The position numbers and the translations under genes are program-made. Positions 46,072 through 55,337 of a DNA stretch of 64,000 bases are shown in pieces. This stretch comes from an uncultured Gammaproteobacteria bacterium (GTDB lineage Bacteria > Patescibacteriota > Microgenomatia > Woykebacterales > RBG-16-39-9b). Position 1 is the first letter of the stretch. Each line of letters opens with the position of its first letter. The notes under the pieces were generated by a model that saw nothing but the letters and a program-made list of their open reading frames with translations, did no database searches and was not told where the DNA came from. Location: NCBI GenBank assembly GCA_964367355.1, contig CAYIWY010000008.1, positions 15,172 to 79,171 on the forward strand, given 5' to 3'.

Positions 46072-47151
46072 CTACCACTGTGGTAAGTATTCTCGGTAAT
46101 TTTTCGGATTGATTATAACTTGTTCAACATTTTCCTCAACGATTTTTCGGGCAACTTTTCTTAAAACCCCGTTGATAGTTCGTTCAATATTTCGGATATC
46201 AAGTTCGTAGCCAAAAGGTTTTACCATGAGTGGCCAGACATCGCTGCTAAATTGAACTTTTGAGGAGTCCACAGAAGTATTGGCGAGTTCTCTTGGAAGA
46301 AGATAGTCACGGGCGATTATAATCTTATCTTCGTCAGTGTAGCGCGGCATTATGATCGTTTCGAGACGGTCCATAACAGCACTGGTGATATTACCCATGC
46401 GGTTTGCCGAACAGATAAATAACGCTTCCGAAAGATCAATCGGGTAGTTTATGTAATAGTCAGTGAAGGCGCTGTTTTGCTCGGGATCGAGTAGCTCGAG
46501 CAGAACTCCCATAATGTCACTTTCGGCTCCACGCGCTATGGAATCTATTTCATCAAGTAAAATTACCGGGTTTTTTGTTTTGGATTTTACCAAATTTCGA
46601 ACAACTGCTCCTGGTTCAGCTTGAGCGTAGGAACGCGGTTGCCCTCGAAGGATCATCGGGTTGCTCATTCCTCCCATGGCGATGCGGATAAATTTACGTC
46701 CCATACTTTCTGCGATTGAAGCAGCAAAAGAAGTTTTTCCGGTACCAGGCAAACCAATAAAACACAAAACACTAGAACGGTTTGATTTAATTACATTTCC
46801 GCCAGACTGTTCTGACTGAAGTTTGAGAACTGAAAGATATTCCATCAATCTGCTCTTGATACTTTCTAGTCCGTAATGACTTTTATCGAGAATTTCTTTA
46901 GCTGTTTTGATATCAAGATTATCTTCAGAACGATTTGTCCAAGGGATTCCCAATATCCATTCGACATAACGTGCAGCTTGTTCGAATTCGGTTTGATAAA
47001 CACCGTGTTGCATGGCTCGATTGAGTCGGACCAAGGTCTCTTTAATACTTTCTTTTAAATCAGGTGGGATTGACGCCGACTCAATTTTGCTTTGGAGAGT
47101 CGATATTTCTAAGAGAATATTTTCACCTTCATTTTCTTTGGCAGTGGGCAT
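46072..47151 (-). CDS. Lon-like AAA+ ATPase lacking N-domain and S16 protease domain
   Basis: LDKSHYGLESIKSRLMEYL, GLPGTGKTS, ILLDEIDS, ELLDPEQNSAFTDYY closely track the Lon AAA+ module. The ORF ends right after the AAA+ domain. Confidence 0.65.
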   Translation of the reverse strand: MPTAKENEGENILLEISTLQSKIESASIPPDLKESIKETLVRLNRAMQHGVYQTEFEQAARYVEWILGIPWTNRSEDNLDIKTAKEILDKSHYGLESIKSRLMEYLSVLKLQSEQSGGNVIKSNRSSVLCFIGLPGTGKTSFAASIAESMGRKFIRIAMGGMSNPMILRGQPRSYAQAEPGAVVRNLVKSKTKNPVILLDEIDSIARGAESDIMGVLLELLDPEQNSAFTDYYINYPIDLSEALFICSANRMGNITSAVMDRLETIIMPRYTDEDKIIIARDYLLPRELANTSVDSSKVQFSSDVWPLMVKPFGYELDIRNIERTINGVLRKVARKIVEENVEQVIINPKNYREYLPQW

Positions 47152-47235
47152 ACTAATTAATTCTAGTTTAGATCAAAGTTTTCGTCAAACCTGCTGGTTG
47201 AGCTGTTTGTTTAACTTTGGCATAATAAGCTCTCC

Positions 47236-47916
47236 ATGAATAAAGAAGTTCCAAGTCATGTCGGAATAATAATGGACGGCAATCGTCGTTGGGCAAAACA
47301 AGCAGGCCTTGAAGTTAAAGCTGGTCATAAAGAAGGTGTTGAAGCCTTGGAGCGCGTTGTAAAAGCAGCAGCAAAACTCAAGGTGAAGTATCTAACCGTT
47401 TACGCTTTATCAACTGAAAACATCAAGGAAAGAAAACAAGATGAGATTGGTGATCTTTTTTCGATAATGCGAGCTGGTTTTATTACCAAACTCCCCCTCC
47501 TTAAAAAACAAGGAGTTAAAGTAAAGTTTTTTGGGGATATTAAGCACTTACCACTTGCCGTGAAACATACCTTGTCTCATGCAGAAAGAGTGCTTAGTGG
47601 TGGAAGAACTCTGCAGCTTAATATTGCAATTAATTACGGTAGTCGAGCGGAAATAATCCAGGCCGTAGAGAAACTAAGAAATGAAGACAAGGTTACTCAA
47701 AAAACATTTTCCAGTAAACTTTACTCCAAAGGAATTTCTGATCCGGACTTAATCATTCGCACAGGGGGGCAGAAACGATTGTCCAATTTTTTACTCTGGC
47801 AAGCCGCTTATTCGGAGTTGTATTTTACCGATAAACTTTGGCCGGATTTTAACGAGCATGATTTCGAACAAGCTTTAGAAGATTACAAAAATAGAAAACG
47901 GAATTTCGGGGTTTAA
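47236..47916 (+). CDS. uppS: undecaprenyl diphosphate synthase
   Basis: GIIMDGNRRWA, IRTGG..RLSNFLLWQ. Confidence 0.85.
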   Translation: MNKEVPSHVGIIMDGNRRWAKQAGLEVKAGHKEGVEALERVVKAAAKLKVKYLTVYALSTENIKERKQDEIGDLFSIMRAGFITKLPLLKKQGVKVKFFGDIKHLPLAVKHTLSHAERVLSGGRTLQLNIAINYGSRAEIIQAVEKLRNEDKVTQKTFSSKLYSKGISDPDLIIRTGGQKRLSNFLLWQAAYSELYFTDKLWPDFNEHDFEQALEDYKNRKRNFGV

Positions 47917-47937
47917 TTTAAAATTTAGCTTTCTTAA

Positions 47938-48027
47938 GCGCAAGAAGTGCTGAGTATTTTGAAAATAAAAAGAGTAAGCTAAAATTCTGGTCTTTAAGGG
48001 AAGAAAAACTAAGTTGCACTTCTTACT
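47938..48027. repeat. long-loop hairpin repeat, family copy 2 (GCGCAAGAAGTGCT ... GCACTTCTTACT)
   Basis: Same 12-bp stem sequence as at 34376-34440, again between convergent gene ends. Confidence 0.5.
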
Positions 48028-48910
48028 GTCCGGGGAGTGCGCCGTTTGCCACCAAGAAGATTCCAATTGCCACGATAATCGCAATTACCAAGACCACAAA
48101 AATTATGACTGGAAATCCACCGTGATGTGCTTCTGGTTCTACCGCCATAGTGTTTGGGGTTGCGCCAGTAGCTTGTTGGTTGCTATCAGCTTGAGTTTGC
48201 CAAGGAAGTGGAGCATTGGCGAGATCTGGTCGTGACTCAGCAGTAGCGGCGACTGGAGCTGGAGTTTCACTGACAGGCATTGTTGGGCTAGTCGGTGCTT
48301 CTGGAGCGCTAGGTCGAAGCCAAGCTGGACCCACTTGTTCAGTACTAGGGGTTTCTGGAGCTTGTGGTGTAGGTGTCATTGCTGGAGCTGTGACCGGTTC
48401 TGGTGCTGCAGGAGTAGGTGCTGAAGTTTCCGGTACAGTTGGCATCTCGATGGTTGTTGATGGCAGTGTTGGTTCGCTAGGAATTTCAGGAGCCATTGAT
48501 GGAGCTGACATTACTTCAGGTGCTACTGCTAATGGTGTTGTGGGAATTGCTGTAGCTTCGGGTGAAGTTGGTGTAGGTTCAGGCATTATCGTTGGTTCTA
48601 CAATTGGTGTTGGCTCCGGTGTTATTGGAGTAGCAGCGGCTACTGGAGTTGATGGTATGCCCACGGTGTTTGTGTCTGGTGTTGGTGTATCAATCGAAGG
48701 CGTACTAACAGAATTTTCTATTGTTGGAGCCGCCGTTTCAATTACAGGAGTTGATGGAACTATCCCAATAGTTGAAGGTGATTCTATTGTTGGTGGAATG
48801 GTTGAAGTAGCGTTAGTTGTAGGATCAGTCGGAGATGCAGGTATATCTGATATTGTAGTTGATCCTACAGGTGCAGAACTTGTAGGTTGGGTAGTTGTTT
48901 CTTCGGGCAT
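48023..48910 (-). CDS. Pro/Thr-rich low-complexity protein with C-terminal membrane anchor
   Basis: Repetitive TPEPTP/PTSPEA composition with a C-terminal hydrophobic helix. The opposite-strand ORF is its Gly/Val-rich mirror. Confidence 0.45.
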   Translation of the reverse strand: MPEETTTQPTSSAPVGSTTISDIPASPTDPTTNATSTIPPTIESPSTIGIVPSTPVIETAAPTIENSVSTPSIDTPTPDTNTVGIPSTPVAAATPITPEPTPIVEPTIMPEPTPTSPEATAIPTTPLAVAPEVMSAPSMAPEIPSEPTLPSTTIEMPTVPETSAPTPAAPEPVTAPAMTPTPQAPETPSTEQVGPAWLRPSAPEAPTSPTMPVSETPAPVAATAESRPDLANAPLPWQTQADSNQQATGATPNTMAVEPEAHHGGFPVIIFVVLVIAIIVAIGIFLVANGALPGQ

Positions 48911-49152
48911 TGAATAAATTAATACTGCTTAATTTAGAGCAGTACTCCTTAGAAAGAGATTATATTATCGAAACATTCTTGTCAAGCAATTGAAATTATA
49001 TTGCTAGAGTAAGTAAAAATATTCCGGGTTTTCTTCGCTCCCCACTTCGTTTTCGAGTTCGGTTGCTTGTGCATCAAAAAAGTCAAATGCGATTATCCCT
49101 CCCGGGTAATTGAACCTAGACCAAATTTATGCTAAAATGGCCAAAGTTTCGT

Positions 49153-49218
49153 GGCCTCCCGATCCGATCGGGATTAGGATACTCCCCGGCAAAGTCGAGG
49201 AATGATCACGGGTTCGAT
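49153..49218 (+). other. tRNA-like 5' fragment (acceptor, D-arm, anticodon region, T-loop start) truncated in the T-loop
   Basis: GGCCTCC CG ATCC-GATCGGGATTA-GGAT ... CGGGTTCGAT. The D-arm TAGGATAC is shared with the downstream tRNA-Glu. No 3' T-stem or acceptor. Confidence 0.4.
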
Positions 49219-49473
49219 ATGTTTTATACTTATGTTCTAAGTAGTTTAAAAACTGATATGTTCTATGTTGGATCCACGGAGGATATTGAGAAACGTCTTA
49301 TCCGGCACAATAACGATCGTTCGAAGTTTACAAAAGGAAAAGGACCTTGGAAAGTGGTTTACTTTGAGCAATTTGAAATTCGAGCAGTAGCAATTAAAAG
49401 AGAGTTTGAAATCAAAAGTTGGAAAAGCCGAAAAGCAATTGAAAGTTTAATCAGTCGTGGCCCCGTCGTCTAG
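49219..49473 (+). CDS. GIY-YIG nuclease family small protein
   Basis: MFYTYVL...MFYVGSTEDIEKRLIRHN GIY-YIG motif. 85 aa. 3' end overlaps tRNA-Glu by 15 nt. Confidence 0.65.
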   Translation: MFYTYVLSSLKTDMFYVGSTEDIEKRLIRHNNDRSKFTKGKGPWKVVYFEQFEIRAVAIKREFEIKSWKSRKAIESLISRGPVV

Positions 49474-49534
49474 CGGTTAGGATACTTGGTTTTCATCCAA
49501 GAGATCGCGGGTTCGAGTCCCGCCGGGGTCACCA
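49459..49534 (+). tRNA. tRNA-Glu (anticodon UUC), CCA encoded
   Basis: Manual cloverleaf: acceptor GGCCCCG/CGGGGTC, anticodon stem CTTGG/CCAAG, loop TTTTCAT, T-arm GCGGG-TTCGAGT-CCCGC, then ACCA. Confidence 0.85.
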
Positions 49535-49609
49535 TATTGACTGATATATTAGTAATTTTCTTACTTATAACTGCGGCTTTCCTACTTTTAGTGTACAATT
49601 CTAATTTCT

Positions 49610-50362
49610 ATGAAGTATAAAGCCATAGTTTTTGATATTGATGGTACAGCAATTCCAAATATTAAGGGTGGAAAACCTTCCAACGAACTAAAAGAATTGA
49701 TAAAGAAGGCTCAAAAGAGTTTTGTTGTAAGTATTGCTACCGGTCGTGTCTATCACCTCTGTGAAAATTTACTTAAAGAACTATCTCTTAAACACCCTTG
49801 CGTAATCTCTGGGGGTACTCAGGTGGTTGATCCTATTTCTGGTAATGTCTTATGGGAAAAATTAATTGAAGAAGAGTCTTTAGAAGAAATTTTAAACATT
49901 TTAAAACCATATTCGTATGAAATATTCTTTAGCGATGACCCAAACGGTCGAATTGCAAGTCAGAAGTTGGTTAGTAAGGAAAGATTTATAAATATTAAAT
50001 ATATTGGTAGTAGGGACAGTGAAAATATTATGAAACAGCTGAAACTACTAACTAATATCGTTGCCCACAAAGTAAGTTCTTGGAAAAAAGGAACTTTTGA
50101 TATTCATATAACTAATTCGAAAGCAACTAAAGACCATGCAATAAAATTTGTCCTGGAGAAATTGAGTTTGAAAAAAGAAGAGGTTATTGGTGTCGGTGAT
50201 AGTGATAATGACTTGCCTATTTTTGATTCAGTTGGGTTTAAAGTGGCAATGGGAAATTCAACAAAAGCACTGAAGGAAAAAGCCGATTATATTGGTTTAA
50301 CAGTAGATGAAGATGGTTTAGTGGAAATAATCACAAAGAAATTATTGAATCAAGTGTTGTAA
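49610..50362 (+). CDS. HAD-superfamily hydrolase (Cof-type phosphatase)
   Basis: VFDIDGT motif I, GDSDND motif IV. Confidence 0.7.
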   Translation: MKYKAIVFDIDGTAIPNIKGGKPSNELKELIKKAQKSFVVSIATGRVYHLCENLLKELSLKHPCVISGGTQVVDPISGNVLWEKLIEEESLEEILNILKPYSYEIFFSDDPNGRIASQKLVSKERFINIKYIGSRDSENIMKQLKLLTNIVAHKVSSWKKGTFDIHITNSKATKDHAIKFVLEKLSLKKEEVIGVGDSDNDLPIFDSVGFKVAMGNSTKALKEKADYIGLTVDEDGLVEIITKKLLNQVL

Positions 50363-50405
50363 GATTAGCAATTCTGTTTGACTTATCGATCATAAAACTG
50401 TATAT

Positions 50406-51284
50406 TTGGACAGATTTGCACGCAAAGTAGGAGGGAGAAATAATTTGCTGGAGCTAGTTAAACTCTGCTTAATAGCTATGGTCATAGTAATCGCCTGGCA
50501 ACCATTCTTTCGACTTTTCTTGTTGGGTGTCATCTTACTTCTCAAAACACCTCTGCTAAAAAGTGAGACTCAACTCGGGAGAGAGAATGTTCCTAAAAAA
50601 GGACCGGGACTTGTATTGACTAACCACTTCACTACCGGCGAAGAGGCAGGACTGTTGTTCTACTTACTCTCTCGGATTCAGGGACTAATGCAGGTCTACT
50701 TGCTTTACAAAAAGGAACTGGATGGTACGAACCTCAAAACAATGCCGTTTGGTCTAATTGCGCGAATTTTCCTACGTGGCGCTGGTTTTCGACCAACACA
50801 TCGCGAACAAAGAGATGAGGTCGCAAGCGACTGGACTGCAAAACGGCTAACAAGAGGTAAGTCGATCTTGGCAATGCCCGAAGGAACCAGTCGCCATGAA
50901 GGGTTAATCCTGGCCAAGCGGAAAGGCTTAGCTCGACTGGCGATGCAAGGCAATTACTGGGTCTTGCCAGTCGCAATTCCTAACGGTGCCCATGCCATTT
51001 CCGACGGTCTCAGTACTTGGCGATCTCGTTTCAAAACGGACAAGCGTCACAACATCGTTGTCGTTTACGGTAAGCCCTTTTTCCTGAAGGATCTCGGGCT
51101 TAACCTTCATAACGACCCAACCGGAGAGAAAGCAACAACTGAGATTATGGTGCGAATCGGTGCCATGCTGCCAGAACACTTGCGGGGTTTCTACGCAAGT
51201 GCTGTTAAAGAATTTTTGTCTGGTAACGCTTCGGATGTTGGTTACTACCGCAATCTGCAAACCTCTCTTGACCACCTTGGTTAA
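50406..51284 (+). CDS. lysophospholipid acyltransferase family protein (divergent PlsC-like)
   Basis: LTNHFTTGE (HX4E variant) and MPEGTSRHEG motifs. N-terminal TM. Confidence 0.45.
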   Translation: MDRFARKVGGRNNLLELVKLCLIAMVIVIAWQPFFRLFLLGVILLLKTPLLKSETQLGRENVPKKGPGLVLTNHFTTGEEAGLLFYLLSRIQGLMQVYLLYKKELDGTNLKTMPFGLIARIFLRGAGFRPTHREQRDEVASDWTAKRLTRGKSILAMPEGTSRHEGLILAKRKGLARLAMQGNYWVLPVAIPNGAHAISDGLSTWRSRFKTDKRHNIVVVYGKPFFLKDLGLNLHNDPTGEKATTEIMVRIGAMLPEHLRGFYASAVKEFLSGNASDVGYYRNLQTSLDHLG

Positions 51285-51323
51285 GAGAGGCCTTTTTATA
51301 AATTGACACCCTCAACAACTTAG

Positions 51324-52973
51324 TTGGATAATCTTCTTGTGGACGCAGATTTGCCCAAAAGTGATAAATACTTTCTCAAAGATAAACAAAAGGTTTTTTT
51401 CTTAACCGGGATTTATGTTTTTGGTCAAACGTTTTTCGTTTGGTTCTTAGCATTTTTCTTTAACCCGGGGCTTTTTCTTGTTTCAACCGTAATAGCTTTT
51501 TTCATCTTCTTTTTTTCCTATTTAATTTATTTTTCTCCCCTGGCTTTAAAAATCCAAAAAAGTGCCTCAAGTCCCTGGATGACTATTCCATATCCACTGG
51601 CAATCTTCTCTGCAATGGTTTTGGTTCCCAAGATATCACTTCTGATAATGTCGATCTTTTTTGTTGTAATTTTCCCAATAATTCTAGAATATGATCGGAA
51701 AAAAATTGTTCCGTTTTTTGTTGGCCTATCGCTTTTTTTGATTGGCATTTACCTTTTCATTTTCGATAAAAACTATTTGTCTATTGAAAAGTTAATTATT
51801 TTTGTCTGGATTGCCTTTTCCTATTTCGCTTTTTCGATTCTCGAGTACTTTTTTTCTAAAGAAGTTTATAACCAACGCGATGAGATTGATGAACTTAGAA
51901 AATTATCAGATACTCTTGTTCTGGAAAGAGATAAGCTCAGTTTTGTAATTTCAAATATGAAGGATGCGGTTTTGGTTTTGGATGAGAAACAAAAAATCGT
52001 TGTTTTCAACCATGTGGCCGAGGAATTAACTGGTCGAAAGACTGCGGATGTGATCGGGGAATCCGCAGATTCAGTTTTAAAGTTTAGTTTTCACGGCTCT
52101 TCCTACAAATTTAGTGATTTGGAATCTACCCCCACAAAACTTGAAACCATTACTCTCGTGGGAATAAATAAAATAGAAACTCAGGTCAAACCTTTCTTGA
52201 AAAAAATTACGATGCCAGAAACGTCAACTGAACAATATGTTTTAACCTTAACCAATCTTTCGAAAGAAAAAGAATTAGAAAAACTACGGCTTAATTTCGT
52301 TACTATTGCTGCTCATGAGCTGCGCACGCCAATAACCTATATCAAAGGTTACCTATCTTTTCTAATTGAAACTGCTAAGAAGAAACTTAGTCAAGAAGAG
52401 CAAGATTTTCTGGAAAAAGCTTTTGTTGGGACTAATAATCTGGCTTACTTAACTGAAAACCTTTTAGCCGTCTCGAATATTGAAACCAAGGCAATGAATT
52501 TGCAAAAAGAAGAAACAGACTGGGCCACCATTGTTGAAGAAATAGTTAACAAATACCGGCCAGTGGCAGATTGGAAAGAAGTTACGATTTCATTAAATAA
52601 ACCCAAAACCAAATTACCGAAAGTTAAGGTCGATAAATTCAGAATCGGGCAGGTACTGGACAATTTACTTTCAAATGCAGTTGATTTTAACAAAGAGAAA
52701 GGTAATATTGATGTTTCAATCAAGATTCAAGGTAAAGAGATAATTACAGCAATTAGGGATACGGGTATTGGAATCCCGAAAGAAAAACTACCAGAGCTTT
52801 TCACCGAGTTTTTCCGTTTTTCCGGTCCGCTTGTTCAAGCCTCTAAAGGGGCGGGCTTAGGACTTTTTATTGCGAAATATATTGTTGAAAACCACAAAGG
52901 TAAGATCTCTGTTGAGAGTCAACTAGGCAAGGGTAGTACTTTTTCTTTTAGCCTACCAATAGTTGCCAAATAA
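51324..52973 (+). CDS. sensor histidine kinase (multi-TM sensor + PAS)
   Basis: H-box TIAAHELRTPITYIKGY, G-boxes DTGIGIPKE, GAGLGLFIAKY. Confidence 0.8.
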   Translation: MDNLLVDADLPKSDKYFLKDKQKVFFLTGIYVFGQTFFVWFLAFFFNPGLFLVSTVIAFFIFFFSYLIYFSPLALKIQKSASSPWMTIPYPLAIFSAMVLVPKISLLIMSIFFVVIFPIILEYDRKKIVPFFVGLSLFLIGIYLFIFDKNYLSIEKLIIFVWIAFSYFAFSILEYFFSKEVYNQRDEIDELRKLSDTLVLERDKLSFVISNMKDAVLVLDEKQKIVVFNHVAEELTGRKTADVIGESADSVLKFSFHGSSYKFSDLESTPTKLETITLVGINKIETQVKPFLKKITMPETSTEQYVLTLTNLSKEKELEKLRLNFVTIAAHELRTPITYIKGYLSFLIETAKKKLSQEEQDFLEKAFVGTNNLAYLTENLLAVSNIETKAMNLQKEETDWATIVEEIVNKYRPVADWKEVTISLNKPKTKLPKVKVDKFRIGQVLDNLLSNAVDFNKEKGNIDVSIKIQGKEIITAIRDTGIGIPKEKLPELFTEFFRFSGPLVQASKGAGLGLFIAKYIVENHKGKISVESQLGKGSTFSFSLPIVAK

Positions 52974-53016
52974 GTTAAGTACCTTCGAATTGAGTTTTAA
53001 GAGCATCTCTAAACTA

Positions 53017-53132
53017 TTGACAAAACTTGTCCCTTTTGATAACATTCACAAACTAAAGTCGCTCGGGTTTGAGTAATGAGCTCAAGAGACTTCGATAGAG
53101 TAATCCCCCCGAACCAAGAGGGGATTTTGCGT
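53017..53132 (+). promoter_or_regulatory. greA leader: promoter (TTGACA-17-TAACAT) followed about 55 nt later by a terminator hairpin (AATCCCC...GGGGATTTT)
   Basis: Both elements seen directly in sequence. Arrangement analogous to the E. coli greA leader/GraL. Confidence 0.4.
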
Positions 53133-53189
53133 TTATTAAAGAGAATTTAGAATTTATATGCCACTAAAGTGTCATCTTCTTAAGAAGCT

Positions 53190-53681
53190 ATGAAAAAGTC
53201 CACTAAAAACGAAATAATCGAACGAAAAGAAACAAGAGTTTTGTTGACCGAAGAAGGTTTAAAAAAACTTAAAAATGAGTATGAGGATTTGGTTACTGTT
53301 AAAAGAAAAGATGTAACCGAGAAAATCGCTCGTGCTCGCGATTTTGGTGATCTTTCTGAAAACTCTGAGTACGATAGTGCAAGAGAAGAACAAAGTTTCA
53401 TTGAAGGTCGGATAATGGAACTGGAAGAAATTCTTACTCACGCAAAATTGATTGAAAAATCAAGCGAAAGTAAAGTCAATATTGGCTCAAAAGTTAAAAT
53501 CCAAAGCGGTAGTGATATTGATGAGTATACGATTGTGTCTTCAGTTGAGGCTAATCCAATGGAAGGAAAAATTTCGATTGATTCTCCAGTTGGTAAAGCT
53601 CTGCTTGGTTCAAGAGTTGGTGATGAGGTTAAAATCTTAACCAATGTTCAGGCGATTTATAAAGTATTGGAAGTTAAATAA
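53190..53681 (+). CDS. greA: transcription elongation factor GreA
   Basis: N-terminal coiled coil with acidic tip (DFGDLSENSEYDSA). C-terminal FKBP-like domain. Confidence 0.85.
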   Translation: MKKSTKNEIIERKETRVLLTEEGLKKLKNEYEDLVTVKRKDVTEKIARARDFGDLSENSEYDSAREEQSFIEGRIMELEEILTHAKLIEKSSESKVNIGSKVKIQSGSDIDEYTIVSSVEANPMEGKISIDSPVGKALLGSRVGDEVKILTNVQAIYKVLEVK

Positions 53682-53810
53682 GATCCAATACTTTCATTTG
53701 CTTCGCAAAAGTATAGGAATCATTTGCCGCAAAAGTAAAGTGTTGGACGTTAGTTAAATTCCTCTTTCTATTCCCTTGTCTAAAGCTAAACTACAATATA
53801 TACTGGTAGC

Positions 53811-55337
53811 ATGTTTTGGGCTGATATTATTGCCAAAAATTTAAAAGATAAAGGCCCGCATTTGGTTAATGATGCCAAAACGCCATCGGGAAAGGTTCAT
53901 GTTGGAGCACTGAGGGGAGTTTTGATTCATGATTTTGTCCACAAAGCGCTTCTTGAGACAGGTGTAAAATCAACTTACACCTATCATTTTGATGATTTTG
54001 ACCCGATGGACGGTTTGCCAGTTTACCTTGACCAAAAGAAATATCAAGAGTATATGGGTCGTCCTCTCAACGACGTCCCGGCTCCAGTAGGCGAAGGAAG
54101 TTATGCACAGTATTACGCCAATGATTTTCTCAAAGTCTTTAACAAACTTGGAGCCAACCCGGAAATTATTTGGTCTTCAAAATTATATAAAGATGGCAGA
54201 CTTGACCACACGATAAAAATAGTTCTTGATTCGGTAGAAAAAATACAGGAAATTTACCACAGAGTTTCCGGTTCGGAAAAGAAAAAAGGTTGGCTGCCGT
54301 TTCAGCCAATTTGTCCGAATTGCAAAAAAATAGGCACAACTCTAGCCACAGAATGGGATGGCAACGAGGTTAAATTTACCTGCGAAAAGGATTTGGTTGT
54401 CTGGGCTCAGGGTTGTGGTTATGTAGGCAAAGTATCACCATTTGGGGGAAATGGAAAAATGCCCTACAAAGTTGAGTGGGCGGCAAAATGGTTTGCCCTT
54501 GGAGTAACCGTGGAGGGAGCCGGTAAAGACCATTCTTCAAAAGGTGGGACACGAGATGTTGCTAATACAATTATGCGGGAGGTTTTTCAAAAAGAACCGC
54601 CTGCCGATGTTCCTTATGAGCATATCTTATTTGGTGGGAAAAAGATGAGCTCGTCCAAGGGTTTAGGCTCTTCGGCGGCGGATGTGTCGGAATTACTACC
54701 TCCAGAAATTTTACGCTTTTTATTTGCTCGAGTTCCATATCAACGGGCGATTGATTTTGACCCTTCTTTACCAAATACAATCCCAGATCTTTTTGATGAA
54801 TTCGATCGTGGCCAACACGCATTTTTTTCAAAAGAGAATGATGATTTGGCCAAAACCTGGCAAGCTTCACAGATCGGGGAGATTAAAGAAGAATTTAACT
54901 TGCGGTTCAACCTAATCAAAGAATTTGTCAAAAATCTAAAATCCGAATCTGACATCCTGAAGGAAGCCGAAAAACTCCAAGGACGGGCCTTGTCAAAAAC
55001 TGATGAAGAGGCGATCACACTTCGCATAAAATACGTTAAACTGTGGTTGGAAAAGTTCGGTGAAAAAATGTCCATCCCCGGAATGGACACGAAAAAAGAC
55101 TTGACAGTCAATCAAAAAGAGTTGTTAGCTATTTTAGCTGTGGAGTTAACAGAGGAAATGACAGAAGACGAACTGCAGAATTTTATCTATAATAAAGGTA
55201 AAGACTTAGGACTGAAACCAGCGGAAACCTTCCAGGCAGTTTACCTAGTCTTGCTGGGAAAAGAGCAGGGTCCAAAAGCTGGAGTACTGATAAAATCAGT
55301 TGGCATTACACAAGTAAAAGAAAAATTTAACCAATGA
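53811..55337 (+). CDS. lysK: lysyl-tRNA synthetase, class I (LysK type)
   Basis: PSGKVHVGALRG (HIGH-like), KMSSSKG (KMSKS). Class I LysRS architecture. Confidence 0.75.
   Translation: MFWADIIAKNLKDKGPHLVNDAKTPSGKVHVGALRGVLIHDFVHKALLETGVKSTYTYHFDDFDPMDGLPVYLDQKKYQEYMGRPLNDVPAPVGEGSYAQYYANDFLKVFNKLGANPEIIWSSKLYKDGRLDHTIKIVLDSVEKIQEIYHRVSGSEKKKGWLPFQPICPNCKKIGTTLATEWDGNEVKFTCEKDLVVWAQGCGYVGKVSPFGGNGKMPYKVEWAAKWFALGVTVEGAGKDHSSKGGTRDVANTIMREVFQKEPPADVPYEHILFGGKKMSSSKGLGSSAADVSELLPPEILRFLFARVPYQRAIDFDPSLPNTIPDLFDEFDRGQHAFFSKENDDLAKTWQASQIGEIKEEFNLRFNLIKEFVKNLKSESDILKEAEKLQGRALSKTDEEAITLRIKYVKLWLEKFGEKMSIPGMDTKKDLTVNQKELLAILAVELTEEMTEDELQNFIYNKGKDLGLKPAETFQAVYLVLLGKEQGPKAGVLIKSVGITQVKEKFNQ

Noticed and set aside
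48216-48917. 233-aa plus-strand ORF (Gly/Val/Ser-rich)
   Set aside because: Exact antisense mirror of the Pro/Thr-rich minus-strand ORF (CCN/ACN codons read as NGG/NGT). The minus frame has a Met start, a C-terminal membrane anchor and a downstream hairpin terminator.
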